Positions 1 through 8,474 of a stretch of 62,726 nucleotides of DNA are shown piece by piece. The notes under the pieces are model-generated. The model did no database searches, was not told the DNA's origin, and was given only the letters and a program-made list of their open reading frames with translations. Each line of letters begins with the position of its first letter. The first letter of the stretch is position 1. This DNA comes from Thermoproteota archaeon. Its GTDB lineage: Archaea > Korarchaeota > Korarchaeia > Korarchaeales > Korarchaeaceae. Location: assembly GCA_027491435.1 (NCBI GenBank), contig JAOZFG010000034.1, positions 1 through 62,726 on the forward strand, read 5' to 3'. The translations under genes were made by a program, and so were the position numbers.

Positions 1-226
1 CCTTACGTGATGGCGAGGCGAGAGTCAAGTTAGTCTAGAGATCATAAGGAGGCTTGGTTTCGACGTCTTCAGCAAGCTTTGCCTGCTAACGGCTGGGAAG
101 GCTTCAGTTCACGTCATAACTTCGTCAACCACATGTTCAGAGGGAGCCAGTACCTCGTATCAGCCTGATGGCGAAAGTGCTCATGCTGGTGGTCAAGTGG
201 AGGTGGCCTTAAGTTGACAGCACCCT
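1..226 (+). mobile_element. Degraded 3' end of an IS (IS6-like) with right terminal inverted repeat
   Basis: Broken frames give 'IRRLGF' and 'WEGFSSRHNFVNHM', resembling the 'GF..YNF.RPH' tail of archaeal DDE transposases. One frame stops (TTA AGT TGA) inside GTTGACAGCACCC at 213-225. Confidence 0.4.
213..226. repeat. 14-bp inverted repeat, left copy (GTTGACAGCACCCT)
   Basis: Exact reverse complement of 780-793. Confidence 0.85.
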
Positions 227-271
227 ATTCGCCATATGTTAATTTAAACTTTATGATATAGCGCCGCGAAT

Positions 272-523
272 TTAGCAATCTCTAGAGGACAAGTACTTTT
301 CCCTCTTTGATGATTTAAACGCTGTTATTACCAAGGCGTAATCACCTTCCAGCCTGTAAACGACCACAAGCGCCTTATCACCTATATCCTTTATTGCTCT
401 AACCACTTCTCCCCTGATCGCTTGATCAGGGGATTTTATGCACCCTTCCACCTCTTCCTTGCTTATCCCTCTTTGAGCCATCCTCTCTAGGGCGTGAAGC
501 GTGTATCTTATCCTATCCCTCAA
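272..523 (-). CDS. DUF4258-family putative toxin
   Basis: 'IRYTLHALERMAQRGISKEEV' and C-terminal 'VITAF'; overlaps the upstream DUF2283 gene. Confidence 0.8.
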   Translation of the reverse strand: MRDRIRYTLHALERMAQRGISKEEVEGCIKSPDQAIRGEVVRAIKDIGDKALVVVYRLEGDYALVITAFKSSKREKYLSSRDC

Positions 524-741
524 ATTTTCGCCACACTCTCCACTCCTTCTCTGATTATCTTATCTAAATCCACGCCTGACCTAGAGAAGTTGATAATCTC
601 CAGCCCTACTATTTCTCCTCTCTCATTCAGATCCACGACTATTCCCTCTTTTAATTCAACAGAATCTGAGACCTTACCCTCCCTCAGCCTTATGTACAGG
701 GCATCAGCCACCCTATCGTAAGATACCTTCAACTCCTCCAT
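520..741 (-). CDS. DUF2283-family putative antitoxin
   Basis: 'SYDRVADALYIRL...GIVVDLNERGEIVGLEI' signature. Confidence 0.85.
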   Translation of the reverse strand: MEELKVSYDRVADALYIRLREGKVSDSVELKEGIVVDLNERGEIVGLEIINFSRSGVDLDKIIREGVESVAKI

Positions 742-779
742 CGATCATGCTACCCAGTATAATAATAAAGTCTTCACAC

Positions 780-793
780 AGGGTGCTGTCAAC
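780..793. repeat. 14-bp inverted repeat, right copy (AGGGTGCTGTCAAC); IS6-like terminus
   Basis: Exact reverse complement of 213-226. Confidence 0.85.
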
Positions 794-799
794 CTGAGG

Positions 800-1162
800 T
801 TGTTTAAGCAAGGGACTCCGATGTCATATGGGACTGAAAGAGAACTTTCAACCCGTAGAGACCCCCTTGCTCAGGAACGTACCTATCCTTGGATTTTATA
901 TACAGAGTATTTATACCGATATCGCAGGAAGTACAGCACCATAAGGGTGAGGAAGGAAACGAAGAAGCTGCTGGAGAGGGCTCTCGTCAGAATGGAAGTC
1001 AAGCTTGGGAGAAGGCTCACCATGGACGAACTCCTCAGGATCCTAGCGACCGAACCTCCAAGGAGAAACCTGAGCGAGCTTACATGGTTCCTCAGAAATC
1101 CGGTAAGTGATGATAGGAAGGAGAGGATGTTAGAGGACCTAGGGAGGCTGAGGAGGGAATAG
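800..1162 (+). CDS. VapB-like antitoxin (true start uncertain, possibly lost)
   Basis: 'YSTIRVRKETKKLLE...RRLTMDELLRIL' RHH-like segment upstream of a PIN remnant; the first ~40 residues look non-coding. Confidence 0.5.
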   Translation: MFKQGTPMSYGTERELSTRRDPLAQERTYPWILYTEYLYRYRRKYSTIRVRKETKKLLERALVRMEVKLGRRLTMDELLRILATEPPRRNLSELTWFLRNPVSDDRKERMLEDLGRLRRE

Positions 1163-1189
1163 TTGGTGAAGAGGTTGGAGGGAAAATAA

Positions 1190-1620
1190 GTGAACGAAAG
1201 GAGCTACGCTGTTGATGTGAGCGTCCTCTTGGAGATAACCTTCGGCCAGCGATCTAGCCGATAAGTAATCTCTTGAGATGAAGGGGGAGATCTATTTCCA
1301 TGCAACGACGATCACCCTCTCTGAGGTCAGTACTATGCAGACACCCTGGAGGGATGAAGCCGAAGTGAGGGTGAGGAAGCTCTTGAACTCGGGCGTTATC
1401 CCTGTGGAGAGCGGTGATTAGCTGCGGGTCTTGGCCTCGGATTGCAAGTGCGCCCTTCCGATAAGCCTGGGTGATTGCTTCCTCTCTAGGGAAGGTGCTG
1501 GGTATCACTCACCTATTCCTCAGAATCGAGAGGGAGTTCGAGAACAGAGTGGGGCTGATGAGGGAATGGGTGAGAAGGGACATCGTGTTCGTGGATGATG
1601 TATTGCGACACTCGGATTAG
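1190..1620 (+). pseudogene. VapC/PIN toxin pseudogene
   Basis: Fragments 'YAVDVSVLLEI', 'ATTITLSEV' and 'KCALPISLGDCF' in PIN order, interrupted by stops and frameshifts. Confidence 0.7.
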
Positions 1621-1990
1621 GAACGAACCGCCTAGAGATCTTGTCATTCAGTTGTCCCCGCGAATCATGGCCGCTAGATCCACGGAATAGAACGTCAGAG
1701 GTGCTAATGCTCTTTTTTAACTAGTTTCTGAAGTTTTCTAGCTCCGTTCTCCAAGGTCCAGCCTTCCATCATACTCATCGCACGCTCATGGAAATGCTCT
1801 TATCGTTGAAATCGTCTACCAGCGGATTGCAGGTAAGATAACTACAGTAAGAAAGGAACCGAAGTCCTCCTCAGGGAGGTAAGGAATTCCCTACACCTAG
1901 CAGGGGGCCCTTTATTCTGGAGGGAGACTCAGAGGTCGTAATGAGGGCCCTAATACTGAGGTTGAAGAGCGAGATTATCCAGAAGATAGT

Positions 1991-2197
1991 TTGCAGGTGA
2001 GGGGGGAGGAACTGAAGTCTAGAGTTGATCGCCGGGGGGTGCTCTACACTAGTGTGCTGTTAGATTACTTGAGGGGGAGCCAGCGAGGAATCGACGAACT
2101 CTTCAGCAGGATAGGTAAGGGCGAGTTCAGGGCGTATCCAACCCATGTAACGCTTCCAGAGGTGTTTACGTGGCCTAAAGAGTTTATAAGGCGATAA
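1991..2197 (+). pseudogene. Second degraded PIN-domain toxin fragment
   Basis: 'YTSVLLDYL...THVTLPEVF': first catalytic Asp lost and truncated; an antitoxin-like remnant ('ITTVRKE') lies near 1840. Confidence 0.5.
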
Positions 2198-2447
2198 TAT
2201 CGGACCCCAATGAGAAGGCTTTGAAGTAAGTGGATTGGTTGGTCAACCCGAGGGATAGCGTTAAATGAGGGCTTGAAAAGGGTTCCTCACAAGCCCTTCA
2301 ACCTGTTCGTTCTCTCGGGAGCAGAAACACCCCCTTATGAAATGAGCCACGCCTTAGAATACGTCAGGGCCTTTCCCCTGATGGGGGCAGGCGTTATAGC
2401 CCCAGTCGGCAGGGAAACCTTATTAATGTTGAGGGGGTTAGCGGACA

Positions 2448-2846
2448 ATGCCCCTAAGGGTGTACTACGCTACCTCCGTGAGAGGGGCGGGAAGGGACTT
2501 GGAAGCTACCAGGAGGGCCATTCAGACGATAAAGGAGATGGGACACGTAGCCTTAACCGAACACCTGGCGGGAAGCGACGAGTCTTTGAGCGATCGACAG
2601 GTTTACCAGAGGGACATGAGCCTGCTAGAACAGGCTGACCTCTTAATTGCTGATGTGACCTTCCCCAGCCTGGGAGTTGGCTTTGAGATATGCAAGGCGA
2701 TCCAGCTGGGTAAACCGGTGTACCTTATCGCCAGGGAAGGGGTCAGGGTCTCCAAGCTCATAGCCGGGGTCGCTGAGGTCAGGAGGTACTCCAGCCTGGA
2801 GGAGATGTCCGCCCTCATCGAGGACATCCTTACGTCATTCGCCTAA
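2448..2846 (+). CDS. Nucleoside 2-deoxyribosyltransferase superfamily, DNPH1/Rcl-like N-hydrolase
   Basis: 'VYYATSVRG', 'LTEH', 'YQRDMSLLEQADLLIADVTFPSLGVGFEI'. Confidence 0.8.
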   Translation: MPLRVYYATSVRGAGRDLEATRRAIQTIKEMGHVALTEHLAGSDESLSDRQVYQRDMSLLEQADLLIADVTFPSLGVGFEICKAIQLGKPVYLIAREGVRVSKLIAGVAEVRRYSSLEEMSALIEDILTSFA

Positions 2847-2981
2847 TCTTTATTTTACAATAATGAAACTTTCATGGGCGGAGAACTTCCGATCTTCGAA
2901 TATTTTATTGCGATAAAAGGAATCTGAATGGCAAACTTTATTTATAACGGGGTTTGACCATTGCCGTAAGGTGATGTGACG

Positions 2982-4241
2982 ATGGTGGAAGTGCCCGTCA
3001 CTACCTCAGGCATACCAAGGTTCGGAAGGAGGAAGGTGGATCACGAGCTTTACATCACCGACACCACCCTCAGGGACGGTCAGCAGGGGAGCAGGCCCTT
3101 CTCCTTCGAGGAGGCCGTGGCCATCTACGATTTGCTGGTGGAGCTGGACAACGGGAGTGGGGTTATAAGGGATATAGAGCTCTTTCCCTACACGGAGAAG
3201 GACAGGAGGGTCATAAGGGAGATTAAGGACAGGGGGACCTATCCCAGGCCGATAGGTTGGATAAGGTCTACGGTCAACGACCTCAAGCTGGTTAAGGAGG
3301 TCGGCCTGGACACGACCATCCTGCTGGCCTCGGTATCCGACTATCACATTTACTACAAGCTCGGGATGGACAGGGAGAGCGCTAGGAGGAAGTACCTGTC
3401 GGTCATAGAGGAAGCCCTGAGGATGGGCCTTCAGGTTAAGGTGGCCCTTGAGGACATAACCAGGTCTGACGTTTACGGGTTCGTGATGCCATTCCTTCAG
3501 GAGGTGATGAGGCTAACTGAAAGGTACGGGGCCAAGTTTCACATAAAGATAAGCGACACCCTCGGCCTGGGGCTGCCCTTCATGGAGGCCCCCTTGCCCA
3601 GGAGCATTCCCAGGTTAATTAGGTTCTTGATTGACGACATGGGCGTTGACAGCGAGGGCATAGAGTTCCACGGGCACAACGACTTCCACCTAGTAATAGC
3701 AAACCACTTGGCCGCTTGGGTTTACGGGGCATCTTTGAGCAACTGCACCCTCCTGGGGATAGGGGAGAGGGCCGGCAACTGTCCACTAGAGGCGATGGCC
3801 ATATTCTACGACCAGCTCAAGGGAGGGAGCCAGTTCAACTTCAGGGCTTTGCCCAAGGTAAAGGAGCTTTTCCTGAGGATGGGCTTCAACGTGCCCGAGT
3901 TCTACCCCCTGCTGGGAGACAACGCCTTCAAGACGAAGGCAGGGATACACATAGATGGGCTACTCAAGAACCCCCAGATCTACCTGCCCTTCGACCCTGA
4001 AACTGTGATGGGCGTTCCCTACACCGTGGAGGTTACCCCCTACTCTGGAAGGGCTGGCCTGCTCTTCTGGATGGTCAAGAAGTTCGGAATAAAGGATTGG
4101 AAGAAGTACAAGAACGATGAGAGGGTGGACATGGCTTATCGCGAGGTGCTTAGGAAGTTTGAGGAGGGTAGGAAGGAGCCCTTAAAGGAGGATGAAGTTG
4201 TCAGGATAGTCTTGAAGTACATCCCCGAGCTAGTAAGGTGA
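2982..4241 (+). CDS. DRE-TIM metallolyase, Re-citrate synthase-like (IPMS/homocitrate synthase superfamily)
   Basis: 'ITDTTLRDGQQ', 'GVIRDIELFPYTEKDR', 'LEDITRSDVYGFV', 'PLPRSIPRLI', 'FHGHND', 'GERAGN'; no LeuA regulatory domain; GGTGA RBS at 2970. Confidence 0.75.
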   Translation: MVEVPVTTSGIPRFGRRKVDHELYITDTTLRDGQQGSRPFSFEEAVAIYDLLVELDNGSGVIRDIELFPYTEKDRRVIREIKDRGTYPRPIGWIRSTVNDLKLVKEVGLDTTILLASVSDYHIYYKLGMDRESARRKYLSVIEEALRMGLQVKVALEDITRSDVYGFVMPFLQEVMRLTERYGAKFHIKISDTLGLGLPFMEAPLPRSIPRLIRFLIDDMGVDSEGIEFHGHNDFHLVIANHLAAWVYGASLSNCTLLGIGERAGNCPLEAMAIFYDQLKGGSQFNFRALPKVKELFLRMGFNVPEFYPLLGDNAFKTKAGIHIDGLLKNPQIYLPFDPETVMGVPYTVEVTPYSGRAGLLFWMVKKFGIKDWKKYKNDERVDMAYREVLRKFEEGRKEPLKEDEVVRIVLKYIPELVR

Positions 4242-5488
4242 GCGAATTGAGCATGACTTTAAAGGTGCTCGGCGAAAAGGCGGGGAAGAGCGTTGAAGTA
4301 GGGGAGTACCTGGTACTGGACGTGGACCTGGTCTACGCACACGACGGGACGGCCCCCCTAGCTATAGACGTCATGAAGGATGAGTTCGGAGTTGATAAGG
4401 TCAAAGACCCCTCTAGAGTGATCTTCGTGATAGATCACGCCGCCCCAGCCCCACACGTGGAGGCGGCATTCCTGCACGTCAAGATGAGGGAATTTGCTAG
4501 GGAGCAAGGGATAAGGATCATGGAAGTTGGAGAGGGAATAAGCCACCAAGTGCTGCCTGAGAAGGGGTTCGTGAAGCCCTACTCCTTCATAGTAGGATCT
4601 GATTCCCATACAGTCACTCTGGGCGCCTTTGGGGCCTTCGCAACCGGAGTTGGAAGTACGGACGCTGCTATAGCCATGATGACCGGCAAGCTCTGGGTGA
4701 AGGTCCCCGAGCAAATGAAGGTCGAGCTCACCGGCTCCCTTAACGACGGGGTAATGGCTAGGGACGTCATACTCACCGTGATAGGGGATGTGAAGGCTGA
4801 TGGCGCCAACTACATGGCTGTCGAGTTCGTCGGAGATGGCGTGGCTGAGATGAGCGTTGACTCTAGAATGGTGCTGAGCAACATGACCGTGGAGATGGGA
4901 GCCAAGGCCGGACTAGTAGAGGTGGACTCGAAGACCTTGGATTGGCTCTATGAAAGAGGGGTTAGGGGAAGGGAGCTCCACCCAGACGGGGACGCTGAGT
5001 ACTCAAAGGAGCTGAGCTACGATTTGGGCCTAGTGGAGCCCGTAGTTTCTCTACCCCACAACGTCGATAACGTTAGGCCGGTAACTGAGGTGGAAGGCGT
5101 TGAGGTGGACCAGGCCTTTATAGGCTCCTGCTCCGGGGGAAGGTTTGAGGACTTCTACCAGGCGGCCAGGGTGCTCAGGGGGAGGCAGGTTAAGGCGAGG
5201 TGCATAGCAGTTCCGGCGTCGAGACACGTGTACCTGTCCCTCTTGGAGACGGGAATAGCCTCAGAGCTTATAAAGGCCGGCTGCACCATAGGCCCGCCTA
5301 CCTGCGGGCCCTGCATAGGGGCGCACATGGGCATACTCGGCCCCGAGGAGGTGGTGGTCAGCACTTCAACCAGGAACTTCCAGGGAAGGATGGGCCACTC
5401 CACCAGCAAGATATACTTGGCCTCTCCAGCCACAGCCGCCGCCTCAGCCGTAAAAGGGGTGATTACTGATCCGAGGTCGTTACTATGA
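4238..5488 (+). CDS. LeuC/HacA-type aconitase-family hydratase, large subunit
   Basis: 'HDGT', 'DSHT', 'IGSCSGGR', 'CGPCIG' (three [4Fe-4S] Cys), 'RNFQGRMG'. Confidence 0.9.
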   Translation: MSELSMTLKVLGEKAGKSVEVGEYLVLDVDLVYAHDGTAPLAIDVMKDEFGVDKVKDPSRVIFVIDHAAPAPHVEAAFLHVKMREFAREQGIRIMEVGEGISHQVLPEKGFVKPYSFIVGSDSHTVTLGAFGAFATGVGSTDAAIAMMTGKLWVKVPEQMKVELTGSLNDGVMARDVILTVIGDVKADGANYMAVEFVGDGVAEMSVDSRMVLSNMTVEMGAKAGLVEVDSKTLDWLYERGVRGRELHPDGDAEYSKELSYDLGLVEPVVSLPHNVDNVRPVTEVEGVEVDQAFIGSCSGGRFEDFYQAARVLRGRQVKARCIAVPASRHVYLSLLETGIASELIKAGCTIGPPTCGPCIGAHMGILGPEEVVVSTSTRNFQGRMGHSTSKIYLASPATAAASAVKGVITDPRSLL

Positions 5489-5976
5489 GGGGCAGGGTCT
5501 GGAAGTTCGGGGATGACGTGACGACCGATCACATAATCCCGGGAAGGTTGAAGTACAAGGTTAAGGACATCCAAGACATGAAGAAGTACGTCTTCCACGA
5601 CGTCAAGCCGGAGTTCGCCTCCCAAGTCAGGGAGGGGGACTTCATAGTGGCCGGGAAGAACTTCGGATACGGGTCAAGCAGGGAGCACGCCGCCAGGCTC
5701 CTCAAGGAGGTGGGAATTCAGGCGGTAATAGCCAAGTCCTTCGCCAGGATCTTCTTCAGGAACGCCATAAACGTGGGCCTTCCGGTCATAGAGGCCGAGG
5801 TCAGGGCCGAGGAAGGTGACTTGCTGGAGCTGGACATGGCCTCTGGCTTGATAAGGAACCTGACCACAGGGGAGGAGTTCAGGTTCAGGCCTTTCCCTGA
5901 GCCGATAGCTGAGATACTCAGGGAGGGAGGGATAGCGTCCTACTACAGGAAGAGAGGTAAGTTCCCATGGGACTGA
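5485..5976 (+). CDS. LeuD/HacB-type hydratase, small subunit
   Basis: 'GDDVTTDHIIPG', 'NFGYGSSREHA', 'SFARIFFRNAINVGL'. Confidence 0.9.
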   Translation: MRGRVWKFGDDVTTDHIIPGRLKYKVKDIQDMKKYVFHDVKPEFASQVREGDFIVAGKNFGYGSSREHAARLLKEVGIQAVIAKSFARIFFRNAINVGLPVIEAEVRAEEGDLLELDMASGLIRNLTTGEEFRFRPFPEPIAEILREGGIASYYRKRGKFPWD

Positions 5977-6995
5977 AGGTTGCCGTGATAAAGGGCGATG
6001 GGGTAGGGCCTGAGGTCGTGGAACAAGCCCTTAAAATCCTAGAGCTCCTGGACGTCGAGATCCTTGAGGTTAAGGCGGGCAAGTCCTACTTTAGGGAGAC
6101 GGGCAGGCCCATACAGGAGGACGGTCTTGACTTAATAAGGGAGAGCGACGCCCTGCTGAAGGGGCCTATTGCAACTCCCACCAAGGGGAAGACTTACCCC
6201 AGCGTAAACCTCCTCATAAGGAAGGAGTTCAGGTTGTACGCCAACATAAGGCCATTCCAATCGTTTCCTGGGTATTCCTTAAGGGAGATGGACTTGATCA
6301 TCGTCAGGGAGAACTTGGAGGGGCTTTACTGGGGGGAGGAGTACCTGGAGGACGGCAGGGCCGTGACCCTTAGAGTAATCACGGAAGAGGGAGCTGAGAG
6401 AATAGTGAGAAAGGCTTTTGAGCTGGCCGTTAAGGAGGGCAGGGAGAGGGTGACGGCCATCCACAAGAAGAACGTGCTAAAGAAGGGAGACGGCCTATTC
6501 CTGGACGTCTTCTACAGGGTGGCTGAGGAGTACCCCGTGAAGGCAGACGACTACATAGTTGACGCCGCAGCTTACAGGCTCGTCAAGTTCGACAACCCCT
6601 TCGACGTGATGGTAACTCCCAACCTCTACGGCGACATACTCTCAGACGTGGCCGCCGGCGTGGTTGGCAGCTTGGGCCTTTGCGGTTCGGCCATGGTGGG
6701 CGATTCCTTCGCTGCCTTCGAGCCCATACACGGGACTGCAGAGGACATAGCTGGAAGGGGGATAGCTAACCCCATAGGGACCTTCCTGGCCACGGCGATG
6801 ATGTTGGACTGGCTCTCCTCAAAGGACGAGAGGGCTGGTCGCCTGTCAAAGGCCTTAAAGGATGGGATTAGGTATCTTCTAAGGGAGAGGCTCGTCACCC
6901 CTGACCTGGGCGGAAAGCTTAAGACTTATCAGGTTACCAACCACTTACTTGACTTTATTAGGGGTTCCTATGGAGCTGAAGGGCGTGGTAATTAG
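5967..6995 (+). CDS. Isocitrate/homoisocitrate/isopropylmalate dehydrogenase family (IDH-like substrate motif)
   Basis: 'GDGVGPEV', 'SVNLLIRK', 'RENLEGLY', 'NLYGDILSD', 'FEPIHGTA'. Confidence 0.88.
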   Translation: MGLKVAVIKGDGVGPEVVEQALKILELLDVEILEVKAGKSYFRETGRPIQEDGLDLIRESDALLKGPIATPTKGKTYPSVNLLIRKEFRLYANIRPFQSFPGYSLREMDLIIVRENLEGLYWGEEYLEDGRAVTLRVITEEGAERIVRKAFELAVKEGRERVTAIHKKNVLKKGDGLFLDVFYRVAEEYPVKADDYIVDAAAYRLVKFDNPFDVMVTPNLYGDILSDVAAGVVGSLGLCGSAMVGDSFAAFEPIHGTAEDIAGRGIANPIGTFLATAMMLDWLSSKDERAGRLSKALKDGIRYLLRERLVTPDLGGKLKTYQVTNHLLDFIRGSYGAEGRGN

Positions 6996-7665
6996 GGATC
7001 ACAGGCTTATCGCCCTGGGCGTCGAGCTGGAACCCAACATCAGAACTTTTGAGGAGCTAATTCCCGTCCTCAGGAACCCTGAAAGAGTGGACAGGCTCTC
7101 TGCCGCCTACTACATGTATAGGGACCTCCCACACCTCAGGGGGAGTTGGGCCCGCTTCGACTTAACTTTAATCCCCCACTGGGTGGTGGGGGACGAGCAC
7201 TCTAAGACCCACGGCCACTACCACCTCCCGGGGGCGGCTGGCATACCTTTCCCTGAAGTTTACCAGGTCTTCAAGGGGGAGGGGCTGTTCCTACTTCAGA
7301 AGTGTGAAGGGCCCATGGTAGAGGACTTCGTCTACTTGAGGGGGAGGCCAGGTGACGTTATAATAATCCCCCCATGGTACGGGCACGTAACTGTTAACCC
7401 GGGTCCGGAGCCCCTCCTAATGGGAAACCTGATCTACAGGCTCGTCAAGTCCGACTACGAGCCCTTCAGAAAGTATAGGGGGGCTGCCTTCTACTACACC
7501 CTGAACGGATTCGTCAGAAATGAGAATTACGAGGGGAACGTGGAGCCCAGGGAGGTCGAGCCCTTCCACGAGGAGAAGCCGATAGTAGACTTATTCCTGG
7601 AGAACCCATCGAGCTACGAGTGGCTGAGGAGACCAGAGCTTTTAAGGGGTAATCCCCTTGAGTGA
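6970..7665 (+). CDS. pgiA: Cupin-type (archaeal) glucose-6-phosphate isomerase
   Basis: 'YYMYRD', 'KTHGHYH', 'PEVYQV', 'IPPWYGHVTVN'. Confidence 0.8.
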   Translation: MELKGVVIRDHRLIALGVELEPNIRTFEELIPVLRNPERVDRLSAAYYMYRDLPHLRGSWARFDLTLIPHWVVGDEHSKTHGHYHLPGAAGIPFPEVYQVFKGEGLFLLQKCEGPMVEDFVYLRGRPGDVIIIPPWYGHVTVNPGPEPLLMGNLIYRLVKSDYEPFRKYRGAAFYYTLNGFVRNENYEGNVEPREVEPFHEEKPIVDLFLENPSSYEWLRRPELLRGNPLE

Positions 7666-8281
7666 GGGCCTCCTTTCCGTCATCTGGGACTTCCTCAGGA
7701 GGAACACGACCAAGGTTTACGGGAAGGGCAATTGGGTCGAGAGCGCCGTGAAGGAAGGACTGGCCACCAAGGAGGAGGTTACAGTACCCGTTTGCAACGA
7801 TAAGCTGGCGGTGGTTACCCTCCACTGCCCAGAATGCGGGTCCTCCAAGCTCAAGGAGATTCCTGTGTGGGCTCACACCTGTGGCGAGCTAGTTTACGAG
7901 AAGCCCAAGTGCCCTAAGTGCGGCGAGGTTCCGATGGAGGAGCTTGCCTTCCTGGGCATGGGGTTCAGGTGCGTGGAGTGCGGTTCGCTCATAAACTTTC
8001 CAGAGGTCAGGACCGAATGCGGGGGGCTCAACCCTAAGATAGTTCCCGTGTACGAGCTCACATTTGAGGGTAGGTCCCTGATGCTCGCGGTTAGGAGGCT
8101 TATGGACTCAATCCCGGGCCCAAAGGCGGAGTTCGTCTGGATAGACGGCCTCCCTATAGAGATACTGGTACCCCCGGACGAGGCCTACCTGGTCTCGGAC
8201 GGGAGCGAAATTCACAGGTTCAGGGAGTCTTTGGCCAGGGACATGGGCTTTAAGGTCAAGGTACTCTCAATTTCACCCTAG
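7658..8281 (+). CDS. Multi-zinc-ribbon protein, TackOD1-like
   Basis: CPECGS, HTCG, CPKCG and CVECG motifs inserted in a wHTH-like frame ending 'YELTFEG'. Confidence 0.55.
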   Translation: MSEGLLSVIWDFLRRNTTKVYGKGNWVESAVKEGLATKEEVTVPVCNDKLAVVTLHCPECGSSKLKEIPVWAHTCGELVYEKPKCPKCGEVPMEELAFLGMGFRCVECGSLINFPEVRTECGGLNPKIVPVYELTFEGRSLMLAVRRLMDSIPGPKAEFVWIDGLPIEILVPPDEAYLVSDGSEIHRFRESLARDMGFKVKVLSISP

Positions 8282-8474
8282 GGGACTTACTTCCCGCCCT
8301 TCGAGGTCAGCTGTATGGGATGTGCTTAAGATAGCGGCGTGGTACCTCAGAAAGCGTCAGCTTACTCCCGACGCTCCCGGTTAAGGAAAGTCTTTTTTAA
8401 GAAAAGTCCTAGCTTGACATTAGGTCTACACATTTAACAAAGAGTTTATAAATTAATAACAAGTTAGGGATAAG

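Noticed and set aside
2982-6995. Labelling the operon leuA-leuC-leuD-leuB
   Set aside because: Synthase and dehydrogenase specificity motifs point to citrate/isocitrate; gene symbols withheld.
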